DNA of 64,000 nt from Takakia lepidozioides (taxonomy: Eukaryota; Plantae; Bryophyta): the NCBI GenBank assembly GCA_030704615.1, contig CM060734.1, forward strand, positions 23,622,001 through 23,686,000. Direction: 5' to 3'. Shown here piece by piece: positions 60,591 to 64,000 of this stretch (the stretch's first letter is position 1; each line of letters starts with the position of its first letter). The notes below the pieces were generated by a model, which worked only from the letters and a program-made list of their open reading frames with translations, was not told the origin of the DNA and did no database searches. The position numbers and the translations under genes are program-made.

Positions 60591-62600
60591 GGATGAATTT
60601 CGGCGCCAAAATTCATCCTATTCAAGTGCTTTCGTACACAAACTTACAAATTTCGGCGCCGCAATTCATCGCTTCCCAAGTCCTCATTCGTCATGAGCAA
60701 ACCTGTCAGTGGGATATCGGAGCCGGAATTAATTCCGGAACAGTGGAAACGGCTGCACTTGGGCACATTTCATCCATATTTCGGCGCCGAAATTCATCTG
60801 AAGTATTTTTTTTTTTCCTTTGCGACAGATGAACTCGGCGCCGAATCTCATCCAAGTCCTCTTCTAATTTCCTTCGCGAGCAATGAATTTCGCGCCGAAA
60901 TTCATCCAGAGTGCGCCCGAATTTATTTTTTCTCCGCGAGCAATGAATTTCGGCGCCGAAATTCATCCGAAGTCCTCCCGAATTTTTTTTTTCTTCGGAG
61001 CAATGATTTCGGCGCCGAAATTCATCCGAAGTCCTCCCGGAATTTTTTTTTCTTCGGGAGCAATGAATTTCGGCCCGAAATTCATCCGAAGTCTCTCCGA
61101 TTTATTTATTTTTCTTCGCGAGCAATGAATTTCGGCGCCGAAATTCATCCGAAGTCCTCCCGATTTATTTATTTTCTTTGCGAGCAATGAATTTCGGCGC
61201 CGAAATTCAACCGACTCCATCCCTCCAAATTCTTTCAAGGTTTGAGCGCCGGATTTCGGCGCCGAAATTCATCCAATGCCCTCCCTCCAATATTTATTTT
61301 TCTTTGAAAAGGATGAATTTCGGCGCCGATTCATCCTTACTGTCCGCAATGAGTAATCTAATATTACATTTTCTATGCGACGGATGAATTTCGGCGCCGA
61401 AATTCGTCCAAACCCGACAATTACTATTTGCTTCTGGATGATATAAATTCCGTAATCGTTGGAAATACCCCGTTCCGACGAAGATAAAGGAATATTCTGC
61501 ATTTAATGGAGAAATCGGCATATTGAACCATTCTGTCAAATTAATTGTATTTTAGCCGTTTTTCATTTGAAACCGACAGTATCCATTAAGTGGTCTTTTT
61601 CGCACGAACGTGCCGCACATAAAGTATAATTTCGGCGCCGAAATTATAGTTAAATGTCCAGAAATGGCAAGTCCAACAGGCATGGACAGCATCCGTCAGG
61701 GGCAATGATGGCGGCAAAGCATAGCATGGTGCCGATTTAGTCTTCGCTCTGGATGAATTTCGGCGCCGAAATTCATCCGTCGCAAGAAAATGTAATATTA
61801 GAGTTACTCATTGCGGACAGTAAATATGAATTTCGGCGCCGAAATTCATCCTTTTCAAAGAAAAATAAATATTGGAGGGAGGGCATTGGATGAATTTCGG
61901 CGCCGAAATCCGGCGCTCAAACCCTGAAAAAAAATTTGGAGGGAGGACTCGGTTGAATTTCGGCGCCGAAATTCATTGCTCGCAAAGAAAAAAAAAATGA
62001 ATTTCGGGAGGACTTCGGATGAATTTCGGCGCCGAAATTCATTGCTCGCGAAGAAAAATAATAATCGGGAGGACTTCGGATGAATTTCGGCGCCGAAGTT
62101 CATCTGTCGCAAAGAAAAAAAAAAAAAAAAAAAAACTTCAGATGAATTTCGGCACCGAAATCCATCCGCAGGGCAGCAGAATTAGGGTCGGAAAAGGAGA
62201 TGAAGAATGAATTTCGGCGCCGAAATACATCCATTCTGCCGATTCAGGATTACTGTCATTCCGATGTCGGCAGCGATATCCGGACACGTGGTGAATCACG
62301 ACTGTAATCAGGAACACATTCATCTGTATTTTGGCATCCAAATTCAACCCTCATGTGCAGAAACAATTTGATGAAGAAGATGTTCATCCGAATTTCGGCA
62401 CTGAAATCCATCCGTTGGATGCTTGGTCAGTTTCATGAGGTGAACAAATTACTATTTCTGTCGCCGGAATTCATCCCCTGGCTTCCAAAGTTGTTACATG
62501 ACAGAGATGTTCATCCAGATTTCGGTGCCGAAATTCATGGGAAGGCCTGATTTATTGTAGCCCAAGTGGTTGTACATTACAATTCAGGCACCAAATATCC
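60591..62600. repeat. Array of about 25 palindromes (consensus GGATGAATTTCGGCGCCGAAATTCATCC), ~63-bp period, arranged as two inverted arms
   Basis: GGCGCC-type centres at 60952, 61011, 61072, 61134, 61196, 61258, 61322, 61393, 61762, 61835, 61899, 61962, 62028, 62089, 62151, 62216 and others; perfect 28-mer at 61751-61778. Confidence 0.95.
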
Positions 62601-62913
62601 GATGTGAACTTGCTGTTGTCGTCCGTTTTTGTAACGTACGTTACATACCTTCATCTTTACGTGCACTGATCACCCATCCTGTTGGATACGGAATCCTCCA
62701 GAAAATCATTTGTGTTATTAGGTAGGACACACTCTTCTCACTGCAGGACTTCGCTGCGGAGTGTACCGAGAGGTCCTGTCTTCAACATGGACTCCCGTGT
62801 TTGGGTAAACGTGTACTTCCATCCTGATTCTCTGAAAGCTAAAATACGTTCCACGAAATCCAATTCCCAGTCGTCATCCTCCTCCCACGAGAAGCTCTTC
62901 GCCCCGCATACCG

Positions 62914-63333
62914 GTGGGTGACCCCGCAGCTTGGCCCACCCATCGGTGGGGGAAACTGAAAAGACGGCGGCCACCAACAAAGGCGAACGACACCAGGATG
63001 GCCAACGCTCTTGCAATGCCCTGCATAGTGCAAGGTTGCAGGGATGTTCCTCACCCCGGGATGGGGCGCATATTTCAGTTGTCAACAGCCGGGTCTGCTG
63101 CGCGCAGTGTCGTGTATACAATCACGGTTTCACAGTATCCAGCTTGCAACTGTGAGGACTTCCTTGTTATGGAATCAAAGAATGCAGCATACGTCCCCTG
63201 CAAACACCTTTATTACATTTTTCTGAAGCGCATGAGTTGCATATCCGCAGTGGACGTCTTCATCCATGCTCCAACACTGAGTTTCAACGAGCTGCACAAG
63301 GCCCTACGGCAGGACACTGGTCGGACTGCTTGA
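62914..63333 (+). CDS. SWIM zinc-finger C-terminus of the element B transposase (DDE core deleted)
   Basis: YTITVSQYPACNCEDF…CKHLYYIF and HRWGKLKRRRPP are shared with 8004-8556. Confidence 0.8.
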   Translation: MGDPAAWPTHRWGKLKRRRPPTKANDTRMANALAMPCIVQGCRDVPHPGMGRIFQLSTAGSAARSVVYTITVSQYPACNCEDFLVMESKNAAYVPCKHLYYIFLKRMSCISAVDVFIHAPTLSFNELHKALRQDTGRTA

Positions 63334-64000
63334 CATTCCACATTCGGGAAGGAGAAAGTGGCAATTATATTACATTCATCTTCTTGCACCCTATTTTTTT
63401 TGGAGGAATTATACACTTGGTGGTGCCGCATCGCCATGGCTACATGTGAATTTTGGTGCCGCAATACATGAGAATGTGGTTTTTGGCCATGAATGGCATG
63501 CGCATGCTTTTTTATTTTGGTTGTCTACAAATGGATCCGAGTAAAGCATACATTGTGTGGAGATTAACGGGCATTGAGGCCTATTTCAGCGCCGTTTATG
63601 GTCTATGTACTGCATAGTGCTTCCTTGTTACTGCTCTTCATTCAATTTGTAGTGATTTCGCAGCCCATCCTGGCGTTTTCGTCCACCTCTATGAGAAGAC
63701 TCCAATTTGCTACAAATACATTGTTACTGTTCTGCAAATGTGATGTCTTTACAAGATTGCTAGTTCTGTGTCCCAGTGGGAAGGGTCCTACTGCACATTC
63801 CAGCATTTGCATACTGCACTTTGTGCAAACAGCAATCCATACGACAAAGGACACGTCCCAGCATACTGGCAGTGAATTGCAAAAAACCTTAACAGAAGAT
63901 TATCCAAGCATGTATATTCCCCATATGGCACAGGGAAGCTGCTTGATTTCTGAATGAAAATGTATGTGCCATGAGTGTCGGCGAGTCGAAACATGTCTAC

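Larger units (their letters stand above)
57605..64000. mobile_element. Mutator-like element B (internally deleted relative of A); right end outside window
   Basis: Same 21-bp terminus as A. SWIM exon and RSVPRGPV segment are homologous to A. Same order: leftward cargo gene, palindrome array, transposase remnant. Confidence 0.8.

Noticed and set aside
60591-62600. CRISPR array
   Set aside because: Spacers are near-duplicates or mirror images of each other, with poly-T/A tracts; no cas genes.

Overview
Eukaryotic, repeat-dense, gene-poor DNA, most likely from a non-seed land plant. This is inferred from the Phygy-type Ty3/Gypsy reverse transcriptases, a PLS-class PPR fragment and short GT-AG introns. 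No intact host gene, rRNA, tRNA or CRISPR array was found. The window is a nest of transposons: (i) three Phygy-like LTR retrotransposons (9208-21772, 26839-33168, 45749-55418) carrying extra ORFs; (ii) pieces of a second, minus-strand Gypsy family, one copy of which has a captured PPR fragment in frame; (iii) a LINE remnant; (iv) a ~2.9-kb repeat unit folded into a large inverted repeat; and (v) two related Mutator-like DNA transposons (A: <1-9207; B: 57605->64000) plus an orphan terminus at 33169. A and B share an identical 21-bp terminus (GAGGTTTACTATTTCATGAGC) and homologous SWIM-finger exons. Each has a leftward intron-containing cargo gene: a ParB/Srx-like motif is visible in A and an amino-(N4C/N6A)-methyltransferase-like motif in B. 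Each also has a long, helically phased array of its own palindrome around a shared CGGCGCCG core (53-bp period in A, ~63-bp period in B). This transposon + ParB/MTase cargo + parS-like array is the best candidate for an undescribed system. Both copies are decayed, all domain calls are by eye, and the function is inference.
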